A DNA stretch of 64,000 nt, from contig SKXQ01000023.1 in NCBI GenBank assembly GCA_007128315.1, positions 12,842-76,841 on the forward strand. Direction: 5' to 3'. Positions 53,112 through 63,518 of the stretch are shown piece after piece (the first letter of the stretch is position 1; every line of letters begins with the position of its first letter). Both the position numbers and the translations under genes were made by a program. Under the pieces are notes generated by a model. The model saw only the letters and a program-made list of their open reading frames with translations. It was not told where the DNA came from and ran no database searches. The DNA is from Spirochaetaceae bacterium. GTDB taxonomy: Bacteria > Spirochaetota > Spirochaetia > DSM-27196 > SKKC01.

Positions 53112-54617
53112 CTACCGTGCATGGCCGCGTCCGAGACTGTCAAGGAACCAGCCCGCGAGCTCATACTCTATCGAGCCCTGTATGTCGGCCTCACGCACGC
53201 TTTCGAGCAAGGCTCCGGACAGGGCATCCCGCCCGAGCATGGCATACAGAGCTCCAAGATAGAAGCTCATACGGGCTCTGACGGATGCATCCCGCTCGCT
53301 TTGTATACGCCGCATGGTCAGATCATCGTTGCGTGGCTGAAGAAACTCACCCGCGATCCGTGCGTAGAGGCTCTCAGCGCTGCCTGCGAGCCGTCGGACC
53401 TGCTCGAACCAGCGATTCGATGCGTCCCGTCGACCATCCTGCCTAAGCGCGATACCGGTGAGCATCGCAAACGACGGCACCCGGTGGAGTTCGTCGAAGG
53501 TCCGTTCGAAGTACCTCGCCGCACGCGCGAAGTCTCCGGTCAGAAACGCCGTCGCCGCGTAGGGCGCAAAGGCATCGCGATACCCGGGCTCCACGGAGAG
53601 CACGTGCGCGTAATCAGCATCAGCCTCGGCATGGAGTCCGAGCGCATACAGACTGTTCGCACGGTAAAAAAAGAAGAGAAAGACCTGGTCATTCAGGTCT
53701 ATCGCTTCGCTCAGGTGCTCGAGCGCTTCCTCGTGGCGACCGGCCTGCTGCAGTACCCGACCGAGATCGTAGCGATGCCAGGGAGAACCGGGTTCCAGTG
53801 CGAGCGCTGTCTGATACGCCTCGACAGACTCGTCCACGCGGCGCAGAATGGACAGCACGCGCCCGCGTTCGGCGTGCACGAAACCCGCCTCGGGGTCGAG
53901 CTCCAGCGCGCGGTCGAGGTACTCAAGCGCGACACGCCGCGGCGGCCTGTCGGCGTATATGCGTGACATGCCGACCAGCGACTCAAAATGCTCGGGGTTG
54001 GTCTGCAGCGCCGTCTCGAAAAATGCTTCCGCCTCGCCGATCCGCCGCGCGGCCAGAGCCATGGTTCCCAGCGCAGCAGCAGCTCCGGCGTGATCGGGTT
54101 CGACCTCGAGCACGGCGTTAAGATAGGCTTCGGCATCGTCCGGATCGTCGCTCGTGAGGGCGAGAACAAACAGCGCGTCTGTCTCGAACGGCCCCGAGTA
54201 CTCCGCGACCGCGGCGTACACGTTCCGTGCCCCGACCACATCACCGAGGGAAAGAAGCAGATGCCCGTAACCGAGCCAGAGCTCGGCGAACTCAGGCGGC
54301 TGTCCGAGGGTCTCGAGCAATGCCCGCGCTTCGTGCGGATCGCCGTCACGGAGGGCCGCAATAACTGCGTCATACGCGTCTTCTTCGCGAAGCTCCTCAG
54401 TCGGAGCCGGTACGACATCCTCTACCGGAGTCGGCTCGTCTTCCGGCCGTACCGCGGCCACACGATCTGGTGGCGTTGCACAGGACAGAACGAGCAGGAG
54501 TGCTGACAACAGTGACGCGAGCCACCGTGTGTGATGAAATAACGTTCGCAGCATGCTGATTCCCAAACCTCGCTGTTTGAGCGGGAAGGGTATCGTGTTC
54601 CCGTCGCTTAGGTCCAT
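53112..54617 (-). CDS. Tetratricopeptide-repeat (TPR) protein, exported
   Basis: Signal/lipobox-like LLVLSC, followed by multiple A-x-x-Y/F...A...P TPR-like units. Confidence 0.65.
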   Translation of the reverse strand: MDLSDGNTIPFPLKQRGLGISMLRTLFHHTRWLASLLSALLLVLSCATPPDRVAAVRPEDEPTPVEDVVPAPTEELREEDAYDAVIAALRDGDPHEARALLETLGQPPEFAELWLGYGHLLLSLGDVVGARNVYAAVAEYSGPFETDALFVLALTSDDPDDAEAYLNAVLEVEPDHAGAAAALGTMALAARRIGEAEAFFETALQTNPEHFESLVGMSRIYADRPPRRVALEYLDRALELDPEAGFVHAERGRVLSILRRVDESVEAYQTALALEPGSPWHRYDLGRVLQQAGRHEEALEHLSEAIDLNDQVFLFFFYRANSLYALGLHAEADADYAHVLSVEPGYRDAFAPYAATAFLTGDFARAARYFERTFDELHRVPSFAMLTGIALRQDGRRDASNRWFEQVRRLAGSAESLYARIAGEFLQPRNDDLTMRRIQSERDASVRARMSFYLGALYAMLGRDALSGALLESVREADIQGSIEYELAGWFLDSLGRGHAR

Positions 54618-54675
54618 ACCCGGAGCTTTCGCTATTGCTCAGGTACGGACCTGATTGCTACTATAGTCAAAACGT

Positions 54676-56520
54676 ATGTCTGTCTGGATGCGCCGCCTCT
54701 CGTATGTAATGCCTATTCTGTTCGCAGGTCTCATTGCACTGCTCTTCTACCAGGAGTTTCGCGGGAGCGAACGGGTCTATCTCGAACAATCAGGGATCAC
54801 GCTTTCCGCCTACACACTCGCGCCGAACCTTCATCGGGACGGACAGGTGCGTTCGTTGAGCGTTTCGACCGACGGATTTGTCGTCGATTTCTCCCGCGGT
54901 CGGGGAATACTCCGCCGGACCGAAAGCGGTCGGGCCGAAATCCTCAATCCCGTTGACTTCAGGGAGCGCGACGGCGGATTCATTATCGAGCTGGAAAACG
55001 GCTATGCTGTAGAGGTCCTGCGAGAGCCAGGAGACCATCCGGCGATACAGCTTGCCATCGCGAAGCCCGCGGATCGCTCTTCCTACCGTTCGTACGAGTT
55101 TTCCCTGCGCGCAACAGAAGGCGCAGTTTTCCGGAGAACGGAAAACAGCCCGGTTCTGGAAGTGCAGGTTGGAGACCGGACATACAACTTCATCCTCCCC
55201 GAGAGCGCGCTGTTTGATGCGGTCAATCGACGCGTCATATTTGCGTCTGAGCCTGACACACAAACTATACGCTACGTGTTCGAGCCGACACCTGATCCGG
55301 GAACGGTCGCGACGTGGGCACGAGCCGGTGAGCTGACCCTGACCGCAGAGGAGCATGCCCGGCTTCTCGACACGTATACCGAACTGGTTCACGAAAGCTG
55401 GACGGACAGCCGCTTCTCGGCTGCGGATGGAACGTGGCAGCGCCCTGAAGGATCACCACGGTTTGACGAGCGCATCGTAGCCGCGCTCATGTCCCGTGCC
55501 TGGGACAGCACGGCATACGATCTGAGAGCCTCGGAGCTCAGGAACGCGGCTGCAATGCACGCGTCGGCTCGAAGCTTCCGCACTGCCCCGTATTTTGGTG
55601 ATCTGAGCAGGCTCGCCCCCGGGATGATGGAGGAACTCGCGGCACAGGAGGCGGAGCTGCGAAGCCTCCTGGAGCAGGAGCCGGTCGCGATCCTGCACCT
55701 CGAGGATCCGATACTTCGCATGAACGTTTCGGATATTCTCGAACGCATTGCAGATGCAGACTTGACGGCCACGGTTCACGCGGCAATCGAAGACGCCGCC
55801 TCTGCGGAACTGCAGCCTCGCGACGCCATTCGCGTTCTCGAGCTGCTTCATCGATCGTTCTCCGTTTCCGATGAACTTCGGGGAGTGCTCACCGCGCTGG
55901 AAGACGAAGCGCTCGATGTACTCACGCGCCTGGTCCGACGTACGCCTGACGGCTTCTTCCTCGAATCAAATCCCGGCAGAGTCGGGATTGAACACTCGCT
56001 TCGGGCCGGGCTTGCCCTTGCTTCATACTCCGCCGATCAGCGGATACAACAGCTCGGTCGCCACATGGTGCGCGATGTTCTGTCCCTGGCCGACGGGCAG
56101 CAGTCGCTGCCTGAAACAGGGAGCCTGACCAATGGTGCCGTCGACGTCCTTTCGGGTCATCTGCTTCCCGAGGACTGGTACCATGTTCTCCGGCCGGCTC
56201 CACAGACGGTGAGAATGACCCCTCTACCAGAGCCATTCGGCGACGGGGCATTCCTGCTTTCTGCAGTCCGGATGAACTCGGTTCAGTCCGAACCCGGGCG
56301 GGTTATCGTGGAGCTGAGCAATATTCCGAACCGGACACATTATGTGATCATGCAGGAAGTTCCGCCTTTTTCGGGAATGGAGCTGTTCCGACTCGACTGG
56401 CGTAATGACCCGAACTTCGAGAACTTCAGCCGCGGACGAGCCTACAACGCCTCCGCCGGCACCCTGAAGATCAAGTACACCGACACACAGCGGACAGGCC
56501 GCATTGTCCTGTCGTTTTAA
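54676..56520 (+). CDS. Hypothetical protein with N-terminal membrane anchor (614 aa)
   Basis: Long ORF with coding-like composition and one N-terminal TM (VMPILFAGLIALLFY). No motif recognised. Confidence 0.55.
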   Translation: MSVWMRRLSYVMPILFAGLIALLFYQEFRGSERVYLEQSGITLSAYTLAPNLHRDGQVRSLSVSTDGFVVDFSRGRGILRRTESGRAEILNPVDFRERDGGFIIELENGYAVEVLREPGDHPAIQLAIAKPADRSSYRSYEFSLRATEGAVFRRTENSPVLEVQVGDRTYNFILPESALFDAVNRRVIFASEPDTQTIRYVFEPTPDPGTVATWARAGELTLTAEEHARLLDTYTELVHESWTDSRFSAADGTWQRPEGSPRFDERIVAALMSRAWDSTAYDLRASELRNAAAMHASARSFRTAPYFGDLSRLAPGMMEELAAQEAELRSLLEQEPVAILHLEDPILRMNVSDILERIADADLTATVHAAIEDAASAELQPRDAIRVLELLHRSFSVSDELRGVLTALEDEALDVLTRLVRRTPDGFFLESNPGRVGIEHSLRAGLALASYSADQRIQQLGRHMVRDVLSLADGQQSLPETGSLTNGAVDVLSGHLLPEDWYHVLRPAPQTVRMTPLPEPFGDGAFLLSAVRMNSVQSEPGRVIVELSNIPNRTHYVIMQEVPPFSGMELFRLDWRNDPNFENFSRGRAYNASAGTLKIKYTDTQRTGRIVLSF

Positions 56521-56528
56521 GGATACCA

Positions 56529-57212
56529 ATGAGCCTTCCTGACTTCTTCTCCGCCGCACCCGACACCCATCGTATATTCTTCATGCGACACGGAGAAAGC
56601 GAAGGCAATGCAGGCGGCATCCTGCAGGGACGCAGCAACTATCCGCTGACACCGCTGGGAAAGCGGCAAGCCGAGGCAGCCGCAGGCTGGTTTATTGACC
56701 AGAGTATCGATCTGGTACTCAGCTCCCCGCAGACGCGCGCGCGTGCAACGGCCGACATCGTAAGCCGTACGATCCGCGAACGCGGTCAGTTGACGGCATT
56801 CGCCGCGCTGGACGGGCTCTCGGAAGTCGATCTCGGCTGTTTCACCGGACTGACGATGGATGAAGCGCAACAGCGCCACCCGGAAATACACCGCCGGGTG
56901 CAGTATGAAACCTGGGACGCGGTTCCCGACGCCGAGCATTCGGAAACGCTGCGCGAGCGGGCGATACAGATCTGGAAGACCATAATCGACCGTCTTTCCG
57001 AACACCGTAACGTTCTTGTCGTGAGCCACGGAGGCTTTCTGCAGTGGCTCATCAAGGCCGGTATGGGAGCAGATCACAGTCGATGGAATTTGCGAATCCA
57101 CTCGAGCAACTGCGGCATTCACGAATGCAATGTCATGAGACGATCAGACGACCACGTGGTCGTAGAATGGAGACGAATCAATATGGTGGTCGCACCACCC
57201 GAGGGAGCATAA
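56529..57212 (+). CDS. Histidine phosphatase (phosphoglycerate mutase-like) family protein
   Basis: FFMRHGESEGN (RHG catalytic motif) and the later VVSHGGF histidine. Confidence 0.85.
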   Translation: MSLPDFFSAAPDTHRIFFMRHGESEGNAGGILQGRSNYPLTPLGKRQAEAAAGWFIDQSIDLVLSSPQTRARATADIVSRTIRERGQLTAFAALDGLSEVDLGCFTGLTMDEAQQRHPEIHRRVQYETWDAVPDAEHSETLRERAIQIWKTIIDRLSEHRNVLVVSHGGFLQWLIKAGMGADHSRWNLRIHSSNCGIHECNVMRRSDDHVVVEWRRINMVVAPPEGA

Positions 57213-58307
<1,095 letters not shown>

Positions 58308-58315
58308 GAAACGAC

Positions 58316-58345
58316 CGTCGGCGTCTATCCCTCGAGACGCCGACG
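58316..58345. terminator. 11-bp-stem hairpin between convergent leuB and the hisE-domain gene (possible bidirectional terminator; no U-tracts)
   Basis: cgtcggcgtct-atccctcg-agacgccgacg. Starts 9 nt after the leuB stop and spans the stop codon of the minus-strand gene. Confidence 0.3.
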
Positions 58346-58966
58346 TCGGAGCTCGTCGGCGACGTCTGTGAAGGTCCTTCCCTCGTATTCGAGCAGCACG
58401 GCAAGGTGGAACATCAGATCTGCCGACTCGGATACCAGTTCATCGGGGCTTTCGGACAGACAGACCTCTATACCCTCCTCCCCTACTTTCTTCCTGATCT
58501 TCGCAGCCCCCTGTTCGAACAGATAGCTCGTATACGATCCTTCTGCAGGATGCTCCCTGCGGTCCCTGACGGTCTTCTGGAGCTGAGCAAGCTCATCCGA
58601 CAGCGATTCCGGCGTCGATGTCGGAGCCGGTCGTGACTCGATGTCAGACGCATCCGCTCTGACACTGTGTGAGCTTGCGGCTTCCGCGGGGTCTTCTGCG
58701 GTCGGATCGGTGCGAAAACGCCGCGCGTCCGCCTCAGAGAGCACCACCCTGACATCACCGCCATCCTCGCTCATGCTGAGGATTGCAAGTCCTCCGGCAG
58801 GCGGCAGTACCCGGCCCGTCTGCTCGTGATAGGTCCACAACTCGCCCTGTTCCAGGCTCTTGCGAAATGCCTTTCCGTTCATGACAGTTTTGCCGATTGA
58901 TTCGCCGTGCTCATTGAGTATGTACACGGTCCGAAACGCTGTCTGGTCCGCGCTGTCTTCTGTCAT
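58325..58966 (-). CDS. hisE: Phosphoribosyl-ATP pyrophosphohydrolase (HisE) domain protein with N-terminal degenerate HisI-like domain and low-complexity linker
   Basis: C-terminal GSYTSYLFEQGAAKIRKKVGEEGIEV...ESADLMFHLAVLL is HisE. N-terminal MNGKAFRKSLEQGELWTYHEQTGRV...ILSMSEDGGDVRVVLS resembles HisI but lacks its Cys/Asp ligands. Confidence 0.75.
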   Translation of the reverse strand: MTEDSADQTAFRTVYILNEHGESIGKTVMNGKAFRKSLEQGELWTYHEQTGRVLPPAGGLAILSMSEDGGDVRVVLSEADARRFRTDPTAEDPAEAASSHSVRADASDIESRPAPTSTPESLSDELAQLQKTVRDRREHPAEGSYTSYLFEQGAAKIRKKVGEEGIEVCLSESPDELVSESADLMFHLAVLLEYEGRTFTDVADELRRRRLEG

Positions 58967-59001
58967 AGCTCCTCCTCACTGTGGCAGTTTGCCGTGTCAG
59001 T

Positions 59002-59754
59002 CTACCAGTGCATTCCGGATACAGCCGCCGGCGGATGCGATCTGAACAGACTCCCAAGCTCAATTGCCCCGTCGTACAGGGCCTTGCCCGCAATGACACC
59101 GACGATTCCATCCTCGTAGCGCTGGCAGGCATAATCGATGTGTTGTGCCGTTCCGACTCCGCCACTCGCGATCACCGGTAGTCCGGACCAGGCGGCAACC
59201 GTCACACAGCGGGACAGATCGGGGCCGGTACCGGTTCCGTCTCTGCGTATGTTCGTGTAGATAATGCTGATACATCCGAGATCCGACGCGCGCCGTGCGG
59301 CTGCTTCATCAGACAGACCATCGTGCTCGAGCCACCCGGAGACCTGAACGATACCGTCTCTCGCATCAACACCGGCCACGATGCGGGCGCCGGCTCGGGC
59401 GATCATGCGACCGACGAGATACGGATCACGCGCGAGGACAGTTCCGACTACCAGACGATCCGCGCCTCGCGCGAGAAGATCATCCACATCGTCTAAGGAT
59501 CTGATACCACCGCCGACTTCCAGCAGACCCGGAAAGGCCCTGCGTATTGCGGTGATGGAGTCCCGGTTCCCCGCGGTACCGCGGGCAGCGTCGAGATCGA
59601 CCACGTGCAGGCGTGTCGCACCGGATGACGCGAACTCGGCGGCCACCGCCGCCGGGTCATCGCGGTACGACGTGGCAGCGTCATAATCGCCCTGATGAAG
59701 CCGTACACAGCGCCCCCCGAGCAGATCGATGGCTGGAATAATGGTACACGACAC
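59002..59754 (-). CDS. hisA: 1-(5-phosphoribosyl)-5-[(5-phosphoribosylamino)methylideneamino]imidazole-4-carboxamide isomerase
   Basis: IIPAIDLLGGRCVRLHQGDY, EVGGGIRS, IIYTNIRRDGT, ASGGVG. Confidence 0.92.
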   Translation of the reverse strand: MSCTIIPAIDLLGGRCVRLHQGDYDAATSYRDDPAAVAAEFASSGATRLHVVDLDAARGTAGNRDSITAIRRAFPGLLEVGGGIRSLDDVDDLLARGADRLVVGTVLARDPYLVGRMIARAGARIVAGVDARDGIVQVSGWLEHDGLSDEAAARRASDLGCISIIYTNIRRDGTGTGPDLSRCVTVAAWSGLPVIASGGVGTAQHIDYACQRYEDGIVGVIAGKALYDGAIELGSLFRSHPPAAVSGMHW

Positions 59755-59757
59755 GAA

Positions 59758-60816
59758 TCAGCCTCCCTGTACCGGCTCTGGACGGGATCCCGTCCAGACC
59801 ACCGTACTGCCGGCCCGAAAGGGAACAACAACACCGTAGCGCTCCGGAACGGTCCATGGCTTGCGGCTGTACGAGACCTCATAGTCGCTCTCCGGAAGCC
59901 GGTAGAAGCGGCGCCCGCGTTCGCAGCAGAACTCCCTGAGCCCTGCAATGCTGCCGTGGCGTTCGAAGAAATCGATCAGTAATGGCATGGCGACCGGAGC
60001 CGTATAGACACCCGCACATCCGCATGCGTTCTCTTTTGCCCCGACCGGGTGTGGTGCACTGTCCGACCCGAAGAAGAATTTCGGTGAAGCGGAAAGCGCC
60101 GCTTCGGCAAGCGCAGCCCTATCCTCCGGGCGCTTCATGATAGGTTTACAGAAAACGTGCGGATTCAAAAAACCTCCCACAACGTCGTCCAGGGTCAGAA
60201 GCAGATGGTGCACCGTGATGGTCGCCGCCACCGTGTCGGGAAGGCTGCGGATAAGTTCGACCGCGCGTGAGGTGGTGATGTGTTCGAGAACGATGCGCAA
60301 ACGCGGGAAGTCACGTACCATCTCTTCGAGTACGGGGAGAAAAGCGTCCTCCCGGTCGAGCACGAAGGATGTCGGGTCTTCACCGTGTATGCAGAGGACC
60401 AGGTCGCTGTCCTGCATTGCTTCGAAGACGGGCCATGCGGCTCGTATATCCGGGACACCGTCTTCGGAGTTCGTGGTCGCACCCTGTGGATACAGCTTCC
60501 CCGCATATGCTCCGGCAGCGGCGAGTTGCCTGACCTGCCCGGCCGAATGTGATTCGGCGATCTTGAAGGTCATAAGGGGGGTAAACCAGGGGTATCCTGC
60601 TGCGGCATCGATGATCTCGTCACGATATCTGCGCAGGTCTGCTGCATTGCGAATCGGCGGCGTCGTGTTCGGCATGACAATCGCGCGGCCGAAAGAAGAA
60701 GCGAGATCGTGAACATAAACTCGCAGCGGTTCATCCTGCCTCAGATGAACGTGAAAATCATCTGGAAGGGGAATGCGAAAGGTGTCGGGGAAGTGTTCGG
60801 GCATAACGCCTGCCAC
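59758..60816 (-). CDS. pyrC: Dihydroorotase (homodimeric class II type)
   Basis: DDFHVHLRQ (HxH), MPNTTPP, KLYPQGATTNS, HGE, FGSDSAPH. Confidence 0.9.
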   Translation of the reverse strand: MAGVMPEHFPDTFRIPLPDDFHVHLRQDEPLRVYVHDLASSFGRAIVMPNTTPPIRNAADLRRYRDEIIDAAAGYPWFTPLMTFKIAESHSAGQVRQLAAAGAYAGKLYPQGATTNSEDGVPDIRAAWPVFEAMQDSDLVLCIHGEDPTSFVLDREDAFLPVLEEMVRDFPRLRIVLEHITTSRAVELIRSLPDTVAATITVHHLLLTLDDVVGGFLNPHVFCKPIMKRPEDRAALAEAALSASPKFFFGSDSAPHPVGAKENACGCAGVYTAPVAMPLLIDFFERHGSIAGLREFCCERGRRFYRLPESDYEVSYSRKPWTVPERYGVVVPFRAGSTVVWTGSRPEPVQGG

Positions 60817-61750
60817 TATACCGGGCCGAACCTGTTAACGGAATAGCCGAGGATAAATTCGACGATGCGTTCAGTGCCGTTCTCTATTCCCATGTTAGCG
60901 ATGCGATTCTGCATTTCGCTGTGTCGGTCGTTGTCGAGCAGAATCGCCTCGACCACCGTTTGTATGGCTCCAGGTCTTCGAACGAAAAAGCCGAGACGGT
61001 TACGAACCACAAACTCAACGTTTCCTTTCTCCTGGCCGTACATGTAGCTTGTCAGGATCAGGGGCTTATGAAGGATCAGGACCTCCATGACCGTTGCAGG
61101 CCCGGCCTTACCGATCACGAGATCCGCCATGTTCATGAGCTCGTACATCTGATCGGTAAAACCATAGACGGCCATTCGACGCTCGGGGTGATTTCGCGCG
61201 ATTCTGCCGGCATCTGCCTTGAACGAGGCCGAGTTGCCACAGACCACGGCGATTTCATAGTCGAGATTTGATCGCACGAGGTTTTCGAGAACCCGTGCGC
61301 CGTCGGTGAGCCCTTCACCACCGGTATATGCGGTGTTCCGAGCAGCTTGAGTGCACGCCGCACCGGACGCCTGCACATGAAGTGCAGTACAACAATTTTC
61401 GTGATATCGTGCTTTTGCACAGCCCGGGCAATTTCGGCCGACACTGAACGGCTGAAGCGCATTTCTGACAGAGTGAGCGCCGGGCCCCAGCGGCTGCCTT
61501 CGTAGAACGCGGGCCAGAGAAACCGCCCCTTGCCTGCCAGGAAATTATAGGATTTCTCGACACACAGCCGTACCAGGCGCTGCGAATCCCGTATGGGGTT
61601 AAAAGGAATGGCAGTCGTGTCCGGATGCTCCTCAAAGGCGGCGGTGAGGGCACGGGCGGCGGAACTGTGTCCACCGCCGGTTTTGAGATACAGGATCAGA
61701 ATGCGTTCACCCACGATCGTGAGAATATCGCATTTATCACGGCTTACCAA
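60816..61750 (-). pseudogene. GT28 diacylglycerol glycosyltransferase (MGDG synthase / UgtP-like), disrupted by an internal out-of-frame deletion
   Basis: The N-terminal ORF (LILYLKTGGGHSSAARAL...VLHFM...GTPHIP) and the C-terminal ORF (TGGEGL...VVCGNS...KAGPATVMEV...GQEKGNVEF) lie in different frames and overlap at 61133-61376. About 75 residues between the two conserved blocks are absent. Confidence 0.65.
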
Positions 61751-61777
61751 CGACCCCGTGCGCTGTTACAATACCTC

Positions 61778-63478
61778 ATGAGCCGGAAACAGGACGGAAC
61801 GATTCCCTTTGTTCTCGAGACGCCGGAGCGTGCTTTGAAGCCCGGTACAGCGACCCTCGATGGCGATCTGATTTCAGAGTTGCAGTCGCGGGGAAACACC
61901 GCGGAGGACTGGACGCAGGTGCAGGCAGCCCATGGAGCCATTCTTGACGCAGTTATTAACTGTCATTTTTCCGGCTCCTGTATACTCGGAACCGGTCTCT
62001 CTCTTCGTAACTCGATTTTTCATGACGTTGTGCTCGAAGACATGGTTCAGGTTCACAACTGTTCGATGATACGCGGCTACCATATTTCCTGCCGGAGCAG
62101 GATCGCGGGGTCGGTTCTCGACCACGACGGCGAGTCCGTATTTGGAAACGACCTGACGATCCCCCCCGCCGTCGAAATAAGTCCCTACCAGGTGCCGCTG
62201 TGTGCGGGTCTCGACTGGGCATCGACAGTCGCTGCGCTCGACGGCACAACGGATCAGGCAGACCACACGCGGGAGGTAACCGAGTTCACCGCACAGATAC
62301 ACAGAAGTCACGGGTACATCGGACCCGATGCCGACGTCAGTGGAGGTGCCGTGCTGCGACGAGCGTATGTCGGCGCCGGACGGACGATAGAAGGTGCTTT
62401 TACGATCGAGGACAGCACCCTGCTCGGCTCGGGCGATGGCGATGCGGCCGCGTGTCACGGTGGCGGTGTCATACGCGGGAGCATACTCGCAGCGAGTGCA
62501 TGGGTCGGCGACTACGGTCGATGCCGGCGGTCAATGCTGTTCGAAGAATCGTCGGTCAGTAACGGCGGCCAGGTTTCGCTTAGTGTACTAGGATTCCGTA
62601 CCGGTGTATCACAGGGCGAGGTAACTGCAAGTATTCTTGGCCCGCTGGTCGGGGTCCATCACAAGAGCCTTGTAATCGCCTGTATGTGGCCCGAGGGTCT
62701 CGGCAACGTTGGCTCCGGAGCACAGGTCGGGTCTAATCACACCTCCCGACTCCCTGATCAGTCCATGATCGCCGGAGAAGGCATGTTTTTCGGCCTCGCG
62801 ACCGCGATAAAATACCCGGCCAATTACCGGGAAAGTCCGTACAGCGTGATCGCGACCGGTCTGATCACCGGCCCCCAGCGTGTACGCTTCCCGTTTTCCT
62901 TGTTCACGATGCTTGATGATCCTCCCGCAGACGCACCTGCAGGCTATAACAGAATTATTCCCGGCTGGATGATCAGTCACAATCTGTTTGCACTGCTTCG
63001 CAACGAACTCAAGTTCGCAAAACGTTTCGGTCCGAAAAGGCCGACGGTACAGGTCATCCGCGCGAAAACCGCTAAACTGGTACGGGATGCTGTGAACCGT
63101 CTTGAGTCGGTGGATGAGCCTGCTCAGTGGTATGACGAAGGAAGTATCTCCGGAGTCGGCAAGAACGCCCTTCTGGAGTCGGACCGCCGTCGGGGTATAG
63201 CCGCGTACAGGGATTTTCTGTCGCATTTCCGGCTTCGCGAGGCGATAGAACAGGGCACGTCGCTCTCGCGGGAGCAGGTCGCCGAAGGCCTTGAGCTTCT
63301 GGATCGGCTGAGTATACGGGCAAAGGACTCGCGGGCCCGCGACTTCCATCGGGGAGTTCGCGTTTTCTCCGAGTACCGGCAGACACACCCCGAGCCGTCG
63401 GAAGATCCCGAGCTGCGGGCGGTACTCGCCCTGCTCGAGCGGGAAGCCGATGCGCTGAATCGCCTCGGTCCCGCATAG
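61778..63478 (+). CDS. DUF4954-like protein (predicted beta-helix repeat protein)
   Basis: The N-terminal LISELQSRGNTAEDWTQVQ...CHFSGSCILG resembles the DUF4954 start as I remember it, and hexapeptide-like repeats follow. Start moved to ATG 61778. Confidence 0.5.
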   Translation: MSRKQDGTIPFVLETPERALKPGTATLDGDLISELQSRGNTAEDWTQVQAAHGAILDAVINCHFSGSCILGTGLSLRNSIFHDVVLEDMVQVHNCSMIRGYHISCRSRIAGSVLDHDGESVFGNDLTIPPAVEISPYQVPLCAGLDWASTVAALDGTTDQADHTREVTEFTAQIHRSHGYIGPDADVSGGAVLRRAYVGAGRTIEGAFTIEDSTLLGSGDGDAAACHGGGVIRGSILAASAWVGDYGRCRRSMLFEESSVSNGGQVSLSVLGFRTGVSQGEVTASILGPLVGVHHKSLVIACMWPEGLGNVGSGAQVGSNHTSRLPDQSMIAGEGMFFGLATAIKYPANYRESPYSVIATGLITGPQRVRFPFSLFTMLDDPPADAPAGYNRIIPGWMISHNLFALLRNELKFAKRFGPKRPTVQVIRAKTAKLVRDAVNRLESVDEPAQWYDEGSISGVGKNALLESDRRRGIAAYRDFLSHFRLREAIEQGTSLSREQVAEGLELLDRLSIRAKDSRARDFHRGVRVFSEYRQTHPEPSEDPELRAVLALLEREADALNRLGPA

Positions 63479-63518
63479 ACGAAACCGACCGGCAGCGATA
63501 CCTTTAGCGGACCATCAT

